Source of the DNA: a virus
Taxonomy: Duplodnaviria > Caudoviricetes
Length of the DNA stretch: 63,881 nucleotides
Strand: one strand, 5' to 3'
Virus record (IMG/VR): IMGVR_UViG_3300017963_000283
Coordinates: 1 to 63,881 of that record
In this document: piece after piece, positions 37,367 to 46,563 of the stretch
Position numbering within the stretch: the first letter of the stretch is position 1
Layout of the letters: each line of letters opens with the position of its first letter
Program-made: the position numbers and the translations under genes
Notes under the pieces: generated by a model
What the model saw: only the letters and a program-made list of their open reading frames with translations
Databases searched by the model: none
What the model was told of the DNA's origin: nothing

Positions 37367-37771
37367 GTGATGACTGACTACAAAGAAGCCTATGAGCAAG
37401 CACTTGAACAGCTTGATCTGGAGTTGGCAGCTAACGAGAAGCTGTCAAGGCGCATCAAGGAGCTGGAGCGCCTGGAAATAGAGAGAGCCGAGTGTTGCAT
37501 CGAAAACGAACGGCTGGCAAAAGAGCGACTGGAGCGCATAAAGGAGCTGGAAACACGACTGGAGTTAGCAGAACGCAAGGCTGCTGCGCTGGATTGGCTG
37601 GACGCTTGTGCTTTGGCAGACACACCGCAGGACATTCACATCTACTATGGGTATCCGTTGCCACGACATGATGATCCCGGTGTCTGTGTTGTAAATACCT
37701 ACGGTTCAGATCAGGGTGAAGGGCCGAACCTGGTCGAAGCCATCGAAGCAGCAATGGAGAAGGAGAAATAG
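37367..37771 (+). CDS. Coiled-coil RIKELE-module protein
   Basis: Shares ~100 bp with 35822-36340. Confidence 0.55.
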   Translation: MMTDYKEAYEQALEQLDLELAANEKLSRRIKELERLEIERAECCIENERLAKERLERIKELETRLELAERKAAALDWLDACALADTPQDIHIYYGYPLPRHDDPGVCVVNTYGSDQGEGPNLVEAIEAAMEKEK

Positions 37772-37775
37772 AGAA

Positions 37776-37927
37776 TGCCGCTGGTGAGTTTTCTCTTGCT
37801 GGGTTAGCCAGCCAGCGGCAGAAATGGGGCTGGTGAATGCCGGAGGTACGAGTGGCATGGTTGGTAGGCTAAAAGGTGGAATTAAAGTCTTACGGTGTCG
37901 GGGTGGGGAATCCCGGCTCCCAGCCTC
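37776..37927 (+). ncRNA. Candidate structured RNA (hairpin plus tRNA-like closing stem)
   Basis: TGCCGCTGG/CCAGCGGCA stem; GGGGCTGG pairs with CCAGCCTC; GTCGGG/CCCGGC arm next to the 3' stem. Confidence 0.3.
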
Positions 37928-37941
37928 AGAAGGTAAACAAT

Positions 37942-38409
37942 ATGTTTACAAGCAAGAGTGAGAATAAACACATGAACAGCCTCTTGACAGTCCAGGATGT
38001 AGCAGAGATACTGCAGGTGTCCATCGACACGATACGCAAGTACGTGCGCATGGAGTGCATCCCGTATGTCAAGCTGACAAGCGGTAAGGCATCGGCGGTG
38101 CGCTTTCGGGAGGAGAGTCTTGAAGCGTGGCTACTACACAGAGAAGTCAACCACGAGAGGCAGAAATGGAGCGGAGCGGGGCAGGACAGAATAACAAAAA
38201 TTATGTCAAGTTCTGCCTCGACTGGTTCTAGCGGCTGTAAGTTACACGCATGTAAAGACTTAAAAAAAGGACTTGGCCGGGACCGAGATGAATTGGGTCG
38301 TATAAGTAATATTACGGCGGCTTTTACCCACCACTTTACACCAAGATATACAGCAATTTACCAGAATTGCCCGTATTGGGCAGCCAGGGGTGACGTGTGT
38401 CTGAATTGA
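37942..38409 (+). CDS. Excisionase-like HTH_17 DNA-binding protein
   Basis: LLTVQDVAEILQVSIDTIRKYV....IPYVKL.....VRF....LEAWL. Confidence 0.8.
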   Translation: MFTSKSENKHMNSLLTVQDVAEILQVSIDTIRKYVRMECIPYVKLTSGKASAVRFREESLEAWLLHREVNHERQKWSGAGQDRITKIMSSSASTGSSGCKLHACKDLKKGLGRDRDELGRISNITAAFTHHFTPRYTAIYQNCPYWAARGDVCLN

Positions 38410-38693
38410 GAGCGGGGATTAACAGCCTAGAACACCAGCTGTCCTGGGTTCCCGGTAATTATAATAAACCGAACTGGAGGTATGCTTTGAAACAGGACGA
38501 AGTCATCCAGATATTGTGTCGATTGCAGGAGGAGGTCCACACCGCCCTGAACCTAGACAGCGCCAACGATGGGGAAGCGATCGAGTTCATTGTGACGGCA
38601 GTCCGCCATGAACTTGCTTCCAGGAAGCCAGAGTCTCCTTACCAACCCAAGCCAATGATCTCAAAGCCATACACGGTGAAGAAACCGTTTTAG
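38397..38693 (+). CDS. Hypothetical protein
   Basis: GGGGTG RBS, GTG start. Confidence 0.45.
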   Translation: MSELRAGINSLEHQLSWVPGNYNKPNWRYALKQDEVIQILCRLQEEVHTALNLDSANDGEAIEFIVTAVRHELASRKPESPYQPKPMISKPYTVKKPF

Positions 38694-38883
38694 GAGTAGA
38701 AAATGCAAGATCCAAATCTTCTCGATTGGCGAATGAACGGAGCACAGACTAGATGAACCATACCCGACTGCCGCAGCTTTACCACGAGACAGCGGCAGCC
38801 GGGACGCATAACAGCGTCCTGCCAGTCTAGTCCCAGCCGGGGCCGGGCGCAAGACGCGCTGAGAGTTTACGAGGTAGACAAGC

Positions 38884-41139
38884 ATGGAATATGAGGAGTT
38901 CCTGAGGTCCAAGATCATATCGGCAGAGCGTATTGGCAAGTCTGTTTGTGACCAGGACATCAATACGATCCTTTATCCGTTTCAAAAAGATGTGGTGCGC
39001 TGGGCCGTTGAGTGTGGCCGTGCTGCTTTGTTTGAGGACTGCGGCTTGGGTAAGACATTTCAGCAGTTGGAGTGGGCTAGATTAGTTTCAAACGGGTCTA
39101 CTATTATTTTTACACCGCTAGCCGTATCTCATCAAACGAAAAAGGAAGCGGCTAAGCTCGGCATTGAAGCCAAGGTAGTAGCTTCACAAAGCGAATGCCA
39201 GGACGGCATCAATATCACAAACTACGAGAAGCTACATCATTTTGATCCGGCAGCATTTGACTCCATTGTTCTTGATGAATCTTCAATTCTAAAATCCTTC
39301 GATGGTGTCTACCGAAAAAGGCTAACTGAGTTTGCAAGAGACATACCATTTCGACTGGCCTGTACTGCTACACCGGCACCAAATGATCTTATTGAATTGA
39401 CCAATCACAGCGAGTTTTTAGATGTTATGAGCGGCAAAGAAATACTCGCTCTTTTCTTTATCCAAGATGGAAACACGACCCATAAGTGGAGAATTAAAGG
39501 CCACGCCAAGCAAGCATTTTGGAAATGGCTGGCATCCTGGGCGGTGGCAATTAGAATGCCTGAAGACCTTGGATATGCAAACGATGCTTTCCAACTTCCC
39601 GATTTGCGCATTCACGATGTAGTCGTGGAGGGAGAATCGCCTCGAGTTGCTTTGTTTGATTTGGGAAACCTAACCTTGTCAGAGCGAAGAAAGGCCAGGC
39701 AAATGAGTATAGATCAGCGGGTGGCCGCATGTGCTGATCTGGTTAATGCATCTAATGAGCCGTGGCTTATTTGGTGTGATCTAAATGCGGAAAGTGCCGC
39801 ACTTTCAAAGGCTATGCCGGATGCAACTGAAGTCAAGGGCTCAGATTCTTCCGATCACAAGACTAACTCGCTGCTGGGGTTCTCCGATGGCAGTATTCGT
39901 GTCCTGGTGAGCAAGCCTTCTATTGCCGGTCATGGGATGAATTGGCAGCACTGTTCAAAGGTTGCTTTCGTTGGCCTGTCGGATTCATTTGAAGCATTTT
40001 ACCAGGCGGTTAGAAGATGTTGGAGATTCGGTCAAAAGAAGCCGGTTGATTGTTACATTATCACATCCAGAGCCGAAGGAGCCGTTCGAGACAATATCGA
40101 GAGGAAGGAAAAACAAGCTGCCGAGATGATGGATAGTTTGGTGACGCACATGAAAGGGCTTTCCATCCGTCAGGTAAGGAGACAGATCATGGATTACGAG
40201 GAGGATCAATGGGACGGCAGGGATTGGAAGTTGCACTTGGGGGATGCGGTAAACGTATTGGACCAGATTGACGAGGGCTCCGTTGGTCTCAGTGTTTTCT
40301 CACCTCCATTCCCAGGTATGTATGCCTACACCAACTCAGCACATGACATGGGCAACGTCAAAGATATTGAGGAGATGATTTCTCATTTCAGATTCTTAGC
40401 ACCTAAGCTGCTGCGTGTACACATGGCTGGGCGGTCCTGTTGTGTTCATTTGACACAAGTGCCTGCATTCAAGTCGGTAGACGGATACATCGGATTGAAG
40501 GATTTCCGAGGTGCCGTCATCAGAATGATGGAGGAACAAGGTTGGATTTTTTACGGAGAGGTTACTATCGACAAAGATCCGCAGGTGAAAGCTATCCGTA
40601 CGAAAGATCGTGGCCTGTTATTCAAAACACTGGCCAAGGATTCGAGTCACATGCACATGGCTCTGGCCGATTATATGCTGCAGTTTCGCAAGCCGGGTGA
40701 TTCCCCGGAGCCGATTAAGGCCGGCATCTCAAAGCGATATGACAATTTAGATGGATGGATTTCATCCGATCAGTGGATTGAGTGGGCGGCTCCTGTTTGG
40801 TATCGCCAGACCGATTATTGGCCTGGTGGGATTCGGGAAACGGATGTTCTCGAGAATTATCGACGAGCAAAAGATGCCGACGACGAGAAGCATTTGTGTC
40901 CGCTGCAGCTGGGTGTAATTGAAAGAGCTATTAAGCTGTGGAGCAATCCCGGTGATTTAATACTGGATCCATTTGCCGGTATTGGCTCCACCGGTTTCCA
41001 GGCAGTTAGGTACAAGCGGCGCTTTCTCGGGATTGAGTTGAAGCGATCCTATGCGGAAGTTGCCGTCAGGAATTTAAGGAAAGCTGAAATGATGTATCAC
41101 CAGCGCACACTAATGGATGCAATGGAGGAATCGGCATGA
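38884..41139 (+). CDS. SNF2-like helicase fused to an N4C/N6A DNA methyltransferase
   Basis: CGLGKT, LDESS, TATP, QAVRRCWRFGQ; then FSPPF and LDPFAGIGST. Confidence 0.9.
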   Translation: MEYEEFLRSKIISAERIGKSVCDQDINTILYPFQKDVVRWAVECGRAALFEDCGLGKTFQQLEWARLVSNGSTIIFTPLAVSHQTKKEAAKLGIEAKVVASQSECQDGINITNYEKLHHFDPAAFDSIVLDESSILKSFDGVYRKRLTEFARDIPFRLACTATPAPNDLIELTNHSEFLDVMSGKEILALFFIQDGNTTHKWRIKGHAKQAFWKWLASWAVAIRMPEDLGYANDAFQLPDLRIHDVVVEGESPRVALFDLGNLTLSERRKARQMSIDQRVAACADLVNASNEPWLIWCDLNAESAALSKAMPDATEVKGSDSSDHKTNSLLGFSDGSIRVLVSKPSIAGHGMNWQHCSKVAFVGLSDSFEAFYQAVRRCWRFGQKKPVDCYIITSRAEGAVRDNIERKEKQAAEMMDSLVTHMKGLSIRQVRRQIMDYEEDQWDGRDWKLHLGDAVNVLDQIDEGSVGLSVFSPPFPGMYAYTNSAHDMGNVKDIEEMISHFRFLAPKLLRVHMAGRSCCVHLTQVPAFKSVDGYIGLKDFRGAVIRMMEEQGWIFYGEVTIDKDPQVKAIRTKDRGLLFKTLAKDSSHMHMALADYMLQFRKPGDSPEPIKAGISKRYDNLDGWISSDQWIEWAAPVWYRQTDYWPGGIRETDVLENYRRAKDADDEKHLCPLQLGVIERAIKLWSNPGDLILDPFAGIGSTGFQAVRYKRRFLGIELKRSYAEVAVRNLRKAEMMYHQRTLMDAMEESA

Positions 41140-41468
41140 AACCAACAGAGAGGGTAGCATTCATCTCAGCACCATACCGGGCCAAAAACGGCAGGACTGT
41201 CCGTCAAAACGTTCGCCAGGCCGAGAAGTATGCCTTGAAATACTGGCGGCTTGGCTATGCCGTAATCTGTCCGCATCTCAATACAGCCTTCTTCGACGGT
41301 GAAGCGCCGGATGATACTTGGCTGGCCGGAGACTTGGCATTTATTGAGCGGCTGGACCCGGCTACGGATGTGATTGTGATGCTACCGGGCTGGCTGGAGT
41401 CGGAAGGCAGCTTAGCTGAGAACAGATTAGCGAAAGCTAGAGACATACAGGTGATTGAAGAGACATGA
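41136..41468 (+). CDS. Nucleoside deoxyribosyltransferase-like (DUF1937/DUF4406) protein
   Basis: FISAPY, ICPH.N, MLPGW..SEGS..E...A. Confidence 0.75.
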   Translation: MKPTERVAFISAPYRAKNGRTVRQNVRQAEKYALKYWRLGYAVICPHLNTAFFDGEAPDDTWLAGDLAFIERLDPATDVIVMLPGWLESEGSLAENRLAKARDIQVIEET

Positions 41469-41612
41469 TAAACACGGGCCAGTCGCAGCAGGTGCCGACG
41501 CCCAGCGCTCGAGATAGCCACTAGCTGACAACTTACAGCTATCACAGCGCACAGCCGAGAGCCGACACCGCCTGCCATTTTATGCCAGCCGGCTCTCACG
41601 GGGAAGAGGGAG

Positions 41613-42563
41613 TTGGAAGAAAGCGAAAATCTTGCAACCGCGCCAATATCACGAGTTGAATTTTGGGCGAATCAAATTCTTGCTGAATGGCGAAGGAGTG
41701 TCGAAGCAATCATTGAAACCGGACGACTCATAGAGCGGGCACTCGCAGAGTTGGAGTATGGACAGAAAGCAGAACTATGGGAGAGGTTGCCGTTTTCACA
41801 ACAGACGGGATCCTGTTTGTGTCGCATAGCCAAAGATGCTCGAATTTACCACTATAGTAGTAAATTACCCCCGGCTTGGCGGACGATCTACGAGCTGACC
41901 AAACTCGATGATGAAACCTGGGGGTTGGCTCTTGAAAATGGCACGATCAACCCAAACATGGGGCAGCACGACGCTGCCAAACTCGCAAGAGAATTAAAAC
42001 GCCAAGAGAAGCTAGGCAAACTCGCCAGTCCAAATCCAACGCTTTCAACAGAAACTCGTTACCCAGTTATCTATGCAGATCCACCTTGGGATTATTCTCA
42101 CGGGAATCGAGCACATGATAACAGGGCATTTGATAACCAATACCAAACGATGTCGCTGGAAGACATCTGTAGCTTACCTGTAAAAGAAATTTCAACAGAC
42201 GATTCAATTTTGTTTCTGTGGGTAACAAATCCAAAGGTTGCGGAAGCTTGTAGTGTTATTGATGCTTGGGGTTTTACTTACAAAACCAATATTGCTTGGA
42301 TAAAAGATAAGATTGGCATGGGCTTTTATGTCCGCCAGCAACACGAGTTGTTGTTTCTAGCCACAAGGGGCAATATCCCAGCTCCATCTCCAGCTTCACG
42401 AATCAGCTCGGTATTTGAATCTCCCCGCAAAAAACACAGTCAAAAACCAGAGGCATTTTATCAAATTATTGAGCGAATGTATCCGGGCGTACCAAAGATT
42501 GAATTGTTTTGTCGGATGCCGCAAAAAGGCTGGGCTAGTTGGGGAAATGAGGTGGCCTCCTAA
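41613..42563 (+). CDS. MT-A70 family adenine methyltransferase with N-terminal extension
   Basis: IYADPPW, LFLWVT, WGF.YKT, HSQKPE, IELFCR, WGNE. Confidence 0.92.
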   Translation: MEESENLATAPISRVEFWANQILAEWRRSVEAIIETGRLIERALAELEYGQKAELWERLPFSQQTGSCLCRIAKDARIYHYSSKLPPAWRTIYELTKLDDETWGLALENGTINPNMGQHDAAKLARELKRQEKLGKLASPNPTLSTETRYPVIYADPPWDYSHGNRAHDNRAFDNQYQTMSLEDICSLPVKEISTDDSILFLWVTNPKVAEACSVIDAWGFTYKTNIAWIKDKIGMGFYVRQQHELLFLATRGNIPAPSPASRISSVFESPRKKHSQKPEAFYQIIERMYPGVPKIELFCRMPQKGWASWGNEVAS

Positions 42564-43039
42564 TGGCTATTTTATATCCAGAGAGATTTGCACAAGCCAA
42601 ACCAGCTGGCTTTGATGGCGTTTTTAATTGGGATTTTTTGGATGGTTGTTTCGGGAAAACGATCAGGCCCATGGATTTCGATGGCGTGGTTGAACGTCAC
42701 TCTAATTTTTTGATTTTCGAGACGAAAGATGAGGGGGTAGAAATCCCATTTGGCCAAGCATTGACACTGAAAAACTTAGTTTTACTTGGTAAGGGGAAAA
42801 TTACCGTCTTCCACGTAGTTGGCAAAAATGAAACCTTAATCACCCAGTTAAATGAATGGCATTACGTAAATGGGGATTTGCGCATAGTGGAACAGTCTGC
42901 CGATGCGAATTTTATTAGACGTCGGTGTTGCGATTGGTTTGAAAAGGTAAACGGCGGTAAATCAAAAGAAGAAAATACTGAGAATGAGCCAATAATTCGA
43001 TCATACCTAGAAATAACAGCAAGGGACATCAAATGGTGA
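42563..43039 (+). CDS. Putative PD-(D/E)XK-fold protein
   Basis: MDFDGVVE...FLIFETK; TAATG coupling to the MT-A70 gene. Confidence 0.5.
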   Translation: MAILYPERFAQAKPAGFDGVFNWDFLDGCFGKTIRPMDFDGVVERHSNFLIFETKDEGVEIPFGQALTLKNLVLLGKGKITVFHVVGKNETLITQLNEWHYVNGDLRIVEQSADANFIRRRCCDWFEKVNGGKSKEENTENEPIIRSYLEITARDIKW

Positions 43040-43076
43040 AAGCAGCGCACCAGCAGCACAACTGGAGCCACTACCA

Positions 43077-43742
43077 ATGAAGCGCACACTGCAAGTCATC
43101 AACTGGGACAAGTGGCAGAGTTACCGCAAGGATCGGGGCCAGCCGCCTTGGATCAAAGTCCATCGTTGCCTCATGCGTAACCCGGAATGGGTATCTCTTA
43201 CAGACGCCGAAAGAGGGCAGCTTGTGTGCATCTGGTTGCTGGCTGCAGACCATGATGGGCGAGTGCCGGAGGATGCCATGCTGATAAAGCGGCTTTGCTT
43301 CTTACGCAGCAAGCCTAACTTGAAGAAATTCATACAGTTAGAGTTTCTGACGTCAACACGACGTCAACTTGACGTACCAAAAGCAGAGGAGAGTAGAGAA
43401 GAGGAGAGTAGAGAAGAGGATGCGCGCGCGCAAGCAAACGGACACTTTGACGTCTTCTGGAAGGCATATCCGAGAAAGGTAGGAAAGCCTAAAGCATCCG
43501 ACTCTTTTCACAAAAAAGTACCGGCGTCTGACTTCGACACATTAATGGCCTCTCTCGAGGGTTGGAAGAAGTGTGAGCAGTGGCAGGACATCAACTATGT
43601 GCCGCATCCGAGTACATGGCTTAACCGGGAGGGGTGGAAGGATGAGCCGCCGCCGCCGAGGACACGAGCATCACCGCAGCAGCACAACAACACCAAGGAC
43701 AGGGCAGAGGAGATCAACAGCATACTGGGCAAACGCAAATGA
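43077..43742 (+). CDS. Replication initiator (lambda O / replisome organiser-like)
   Basis: NW.KWQ.Y, PWIK, FDVFWKAYPRKVGK, PHPSTWLN...W.DE. Confidence 0.8.
   Translation: MKRTLQVINWDKWQSYRKDRGQPPWIKVHRCLMRNPEWVSLTDAERGQLVCIWLLAADHDGRVPEDAMLIKRLCFLRSKPNLKKFIQLEFLTSTRRQLDVPKAEESREEESREEDARAQANGHFDVFWKAYPRKVGKPKASDSFHKKVPASDFDTLMASLEGWKKCEQWQDINYVPHPSTWLNREGWKDEPPPPRTRASPQQHNNTKDRAEEINSILGKRK
43349..43420. repeat. Probable origin iterons within the initiator gene
   Basis: GACGTCAAC at 11 bp period (43349, 43360, partial 43371); AGAGGAGAGTAGAGA tandem at 43385-43420. Confidence 0.6.
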
Positions 43743-44377
43743 CAACGGGTGACTTTATCAGCAACATCGAGAGCATGTGGAGCCGCAAGGTACCGGCGGA
43801 GAGTCTATTGGCTTATGAGGAACTGTTAGACGGCTTCGACGACTGGCGGCTGCAGGAGTTGCTCAATCGGGTGCTTAGCGACAACACCTACTTTCCTAAG
43901 CCGAAGGACATCTGGGTAGCGGCTAAGGAGCTCGGCTTTTTCAAGTCGGCGGACAAGCGCAGTCGCACCACCAGCATCCACACCTGGCAGCCGAGTAACT
44001 GCAAGTTGTGTAGCGGTGACGGCAGGCTGACGGTATTCATGGCTGTGCTGTATGAGACGGACGAGGTAGGACAGCGACACCAGAAGCTGAAGCTGCGGCG
44101 CATCTTTCGTGCATCTGATTATCCGGCCATAGCGGACTACCAGCCGGAGCTGGAGGAGCATGACTTTTTGTTTCGGTGCAGTTGTCCAGCCGGGGATGCG
44201 GACAGCTTGCCGCGCAACTGGCCGAAGTGGAAGGGTGGTAGTGGCAGTTATCAGCCGGTAGGCCGGGAGCATGAGCCGGTGTCCAGGGGTAGCTTGGCTG
44301 CGGTGCAGGATATGGCTGAAAAGGCACGACAACAAAAGCCGCGCAGCCGTTGGGATGACGAGGGGGTGCCGTTTTGA
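43739..44377 (+). CDS. Putative helicase loader/replication partner with Zn finger
   Basis: Follows the initiator; YFPKP.DI, C.LC.GDG, FRCSC. Confidence 0.5.
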   Translation: MTTGDFISNIESMWSRKVPAESLLAYEELLDGFDDWRLQELLNRVLSDNTYFPKPKDIWVAAKELGFFKSADKRSRTTSIHTWQPSNCKLCSGDGRLTVFMAVLYETDEVGQRHQKLKLRRIFRASDYPAIADYQPELEEHDFLFRCSCPAGDADSLPRNWPKWKGGSGSYQPVGREHEPVSRGSLAAVQDMAEKARQQKPRSRWDDEGVPF

Positions 44378-44868
44378 AGACGTGCAGCAAGTGCGGCGAG
44401 ACTAAGCCGGTGTCGGAGTTCGGCTCTAACGGCAAGGGTGGCATACGAACTGGGTGTAAGCAGTGCCGAAATGAGTACCAGCGCAGTAAGGCTGCCATGC
44501 GCCGGTGCCGTATCTGTGGTGAACCGCTGCCGATCACGGCCTTTCACAAGAACGGCATGGGTGGCAGGCGCTACGAGTGCAAGGAGTGTCGGATGCGGGG
44601 CCGGGATATTCTGCTCAAGTATAACCCACAGCATCCCAAGCGCAACCGCTGTTCCCTCTGCCAGCAGCCGGTGGGCAAGCGCAAGGTAGTTGAGCCACGG
44701 GACACGGACCAAGGCAGCATCGAGTATTGGCCGTACTGTCTGCCGTGCTGGGAGCGGCTGCAGGAGTGGCGGCGGCGGGGTGTGGATGTGCCGTTGCTGC
44801 GGCGGGCGGTGGCTGAGCATGGGCCGGGCGGTAGCGGCAGAGTGGGTAAGAAGAGGGGGGCGGTATGA
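44374..44868 (+). CDS. Multi-Zn-finger protein
   Basis: KTCSKCGETKP..EF plus five further CxxC pairs. Confidence 0.65.
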   Translation: MKTCSKCGETKPVSEFGSNGKGGIRTGCKQCRNEYQRSKAAMRRCRICGEPLPITAFHKNGMGGRRYECKECRMRGRDILLKYNPQHPKRNRCSLCQQPVGKRKVVEPRDTDQGSIEYWPYCLPCWERLQEWRRRGVDVPLLRRAVAEHGPGGSGRVGKKRGAV

Positions 44869-45332
44869 ACTATCTCGGCATAGACCCTGGCCAGAGCGGG
44901 GGCATAGCTGTGCTAGGCGCCAATGGAGCGCATGAGGCGTGGCCGATGCCGAAGACGGAGCGGGATGTGTGGATGCTATTGGATGAGAATATCGGGGGGC
45001 CAATATCCGTGCTTGATGACTTCGCCTTGATCGAGGCGGTGCATTCCTTCCCCGGCCAGGGTGTAGCTAGTAGTTTTAAGTTCGGCATGAGTTACGGCGG
45101 CTTGAGGATGGCTTTAACGGCAGCTGGTATCCCGTTCGAGGAAATTACACCGCAGCAGTGGCAGCGGGCGCTGGGCATCAAGCCACGGCAGCGCAAGAAG
45201 GGTGAGAGCAAGACGCAGTTCAAAAACCGCTTAAAGGCCAAAGCGCAGCAGTTGTTCCCGGATGTCAAGATGACACTGGCTATCTGTGATGCGCTGCTGA
45301 TAGCCGAGGTATGCCGGAGGATGAGGACATGA
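44865..45332 (+). CDS. RuvC-like Holliday junction resolvase
   Basis: LGIDPG.SGG.A, IEAV, F.FG.SYG, PQQWQ, DALLIA. Confidence 0.88.
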   Translation: MNYLGIDPGQSGGIAVLGANGAHEAWPMPKTERDVWMLLDENIGGPISVLDDFALIEAVHSFPGQGVASSFKFGMSYGGLRMALTAAGIPFEEITPQQWQRALGIKPRQRKKGESKTQFKNRLKAKAQQLFPDVKMTLAICDALLIAEVCRRMRT

Positions 45333-45541
45333 GTTTTAACAAGCTGAATAGTGTTGATTGGAAACAGTACGAGACGCTCAGCTGTTTACACGCAAGCGGT
45401 AAGAAGATCCTTGAGCACATTCAGATGGGTGAAGCATTTGACGAGGATGAAGTGGATCGGTTTGGGGAATTGCTAGGGCAGCTTGGGACCATTATTGATT
45501 CGTTGCGGATTCCGTACATTAAAGGAGTTGGTGGTGCTTAA
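45329..45541 (+). CDS. Hypothetical protein
   Basis: ATGA overlap with the resolvase gene. Confidence 0.5.
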   Translation: MSFNKLNSVDWKQYETLSCLHASGKKILEHIQMGEAFDEDEVDRFGELLGQLGTIIDSLRIPYIKGVGGA

Positions 45542-46358
45542 AGTGCTGAGCTTAGGTGCCGGTGTGCAGTCATCGACGGTGCTTTTGATGTCCTGTAAGG
45601 GTGAGTTGCCTAAGCTGGATGCGGCTATTTTTGCTGATACTCAGTGGGAACCGCCGTGGGTATATGAGCAGTTAGAAAAGCTGAAGAAAGAGTGTTACAC
45701 GGCTGGCATTAGCTTCTATCGGGTCAGTAAGGGCCATATTAAGCAGGATGCGTTGGAGTCGCAAGTTAGGGGTAAGGCTGAAGAGGGAAAGCGCTGGGCA
45801 TCACTACCCTACCGCACCAGACAGAAAGATGGCTCCATCGGCATGATTCGGCGTCAATGTACCAGCGAGTACAAGATTTATCCTATTGAGCGGAAGCTGC
45901 GTGAGTTGATCGGTTTGAAGCCGCGACAGCGAGCACCGAAAGAGCCGGTTATTGAGCAATGGTTCGGCATCTCCAGGGATGAAATATCCAGGATGCGCGA
46001 TCCTAAGCATAAGTGGCTCGTGTATCGCTATCCGCTGATTTTCGATATTCCAATGGATCGCAAGGGCTGTCAGGAATGGCTCAGGAGCAATGGTTACGAG
46101 ATCCCTCGCAGATCGGCTTGTGTAGCTTGTCCTTATCACTCCAATGCAGAGTGGCGGGAGATACGACAAGAGCCGGAGGTGTGGAAGGATGCGGTTGAGT
46201 TTGATCGGGCGATTCGGAAATGCGGTGGTACGCGTGGGGATATGTTTGTCCATCGAGATGCAGTACCACTGGATGAGGCCGACATAGATAGCGCAGAGGA
46301 CAGGGGCCAAGAAGTGTTTGGGTTTATGAACGAATGTGAGGGTATGTGCGGAGTATAA
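45534..46358 (+). CDS. PP-loop / PAPS-reductase-like protein
   Basis: VLSLGAGVQSST, IFADT.WE, RQCT..YKI.P, YPL, RSAC..CPYH, C-terminal ECEGMCGV. Confidence 0.8.
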   Translation: MLKVLSLGAGVQSSTVLLMSCKGELPKLDAAIFADTQWEPPWVYEQLEKLKKECYTAGISFYRVSKGHIKQDALESQVRGKAEEGKRWASLPYRTRQKDGSIGMIRRQCTSEYKIYPIERKLRELIGLKPRQRAPKEPVIEQWFGISRDEISRMRDPKHKWLVYRYPLIFDIPMDRKGCQEWLRSNGYEIPRRSACVACPYHSNAEWREIRQEPEVWKDAVEFDRAIRKCGGTRGDMFVHRDAVPLDEADIDSAEDRGQEVFGFMNECEGMCGV

Positions 46359-46374
46359 GCCGGAGGAGCAGGAC

Positions 46375-46563
46375 ATGAAAAGCAAAGTAAGGGTGCTGGA
46401 GTTACGCATTTGCAAGCACGGGCTGAACGAGCGCTGCTGCGTGTACTGTCTCGGGCTGAGCCGGGACAGCCGGGAGCAGCGGGCGGTGTATGACTGTGAG
46501 CGTATTATGACTACGCTGCACACGGGGCCGGGGTATATCAAGCGGGGAGTGTGGAGTAGATGA
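46375..46563 (+). CDS. Small Zn-binding protein
   Basis: CKHGLNERCCVYC; AGGA RBS. Confidence 0.5.
   Translation: MKSKVRVLELRICKHGLNERCCVYCLGLSRDSREQRAVYDCERIMTTLHTGPGYIKRGVWSR

Larger units (their letters stand above)
33511..37552 (+). repeat. Dispersed ~100 bp duplications and a 24 bp junction repeat
   Basis: 33511-33611 ~ 36202-36302; 36118-36220 ~ 37450-37552; GGAGCAGGAGAAGGGGAAGTGATG at 36319 and 37278, variants at 35805 and 37049. Confidence 0.9.

Noticed and set aside
33511-37552. Diversity-generating retroelement TR/VR pair
   Set aside because: No reverse transcriptase; mismatches are not adenine-specific and both copies are coding
37826-37927. Canonical tRNA
   Set aside because: No TTC loop, no clear D or anticodon arm, no CCA; kept only as a low-confidence structured RNA
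37942-38409. Integration/excision module
   Set aside because: An HTH_17 gene alone is common; no recombinase or att-like site was found
67-46541. Long antisense ORFs (67-726, 9262-9945, 17413-17952, 32418-33233, 44251-45003, 45804-46541)
   Set aside because: They shadow clear plus-strand genes and lack motifs or RBS
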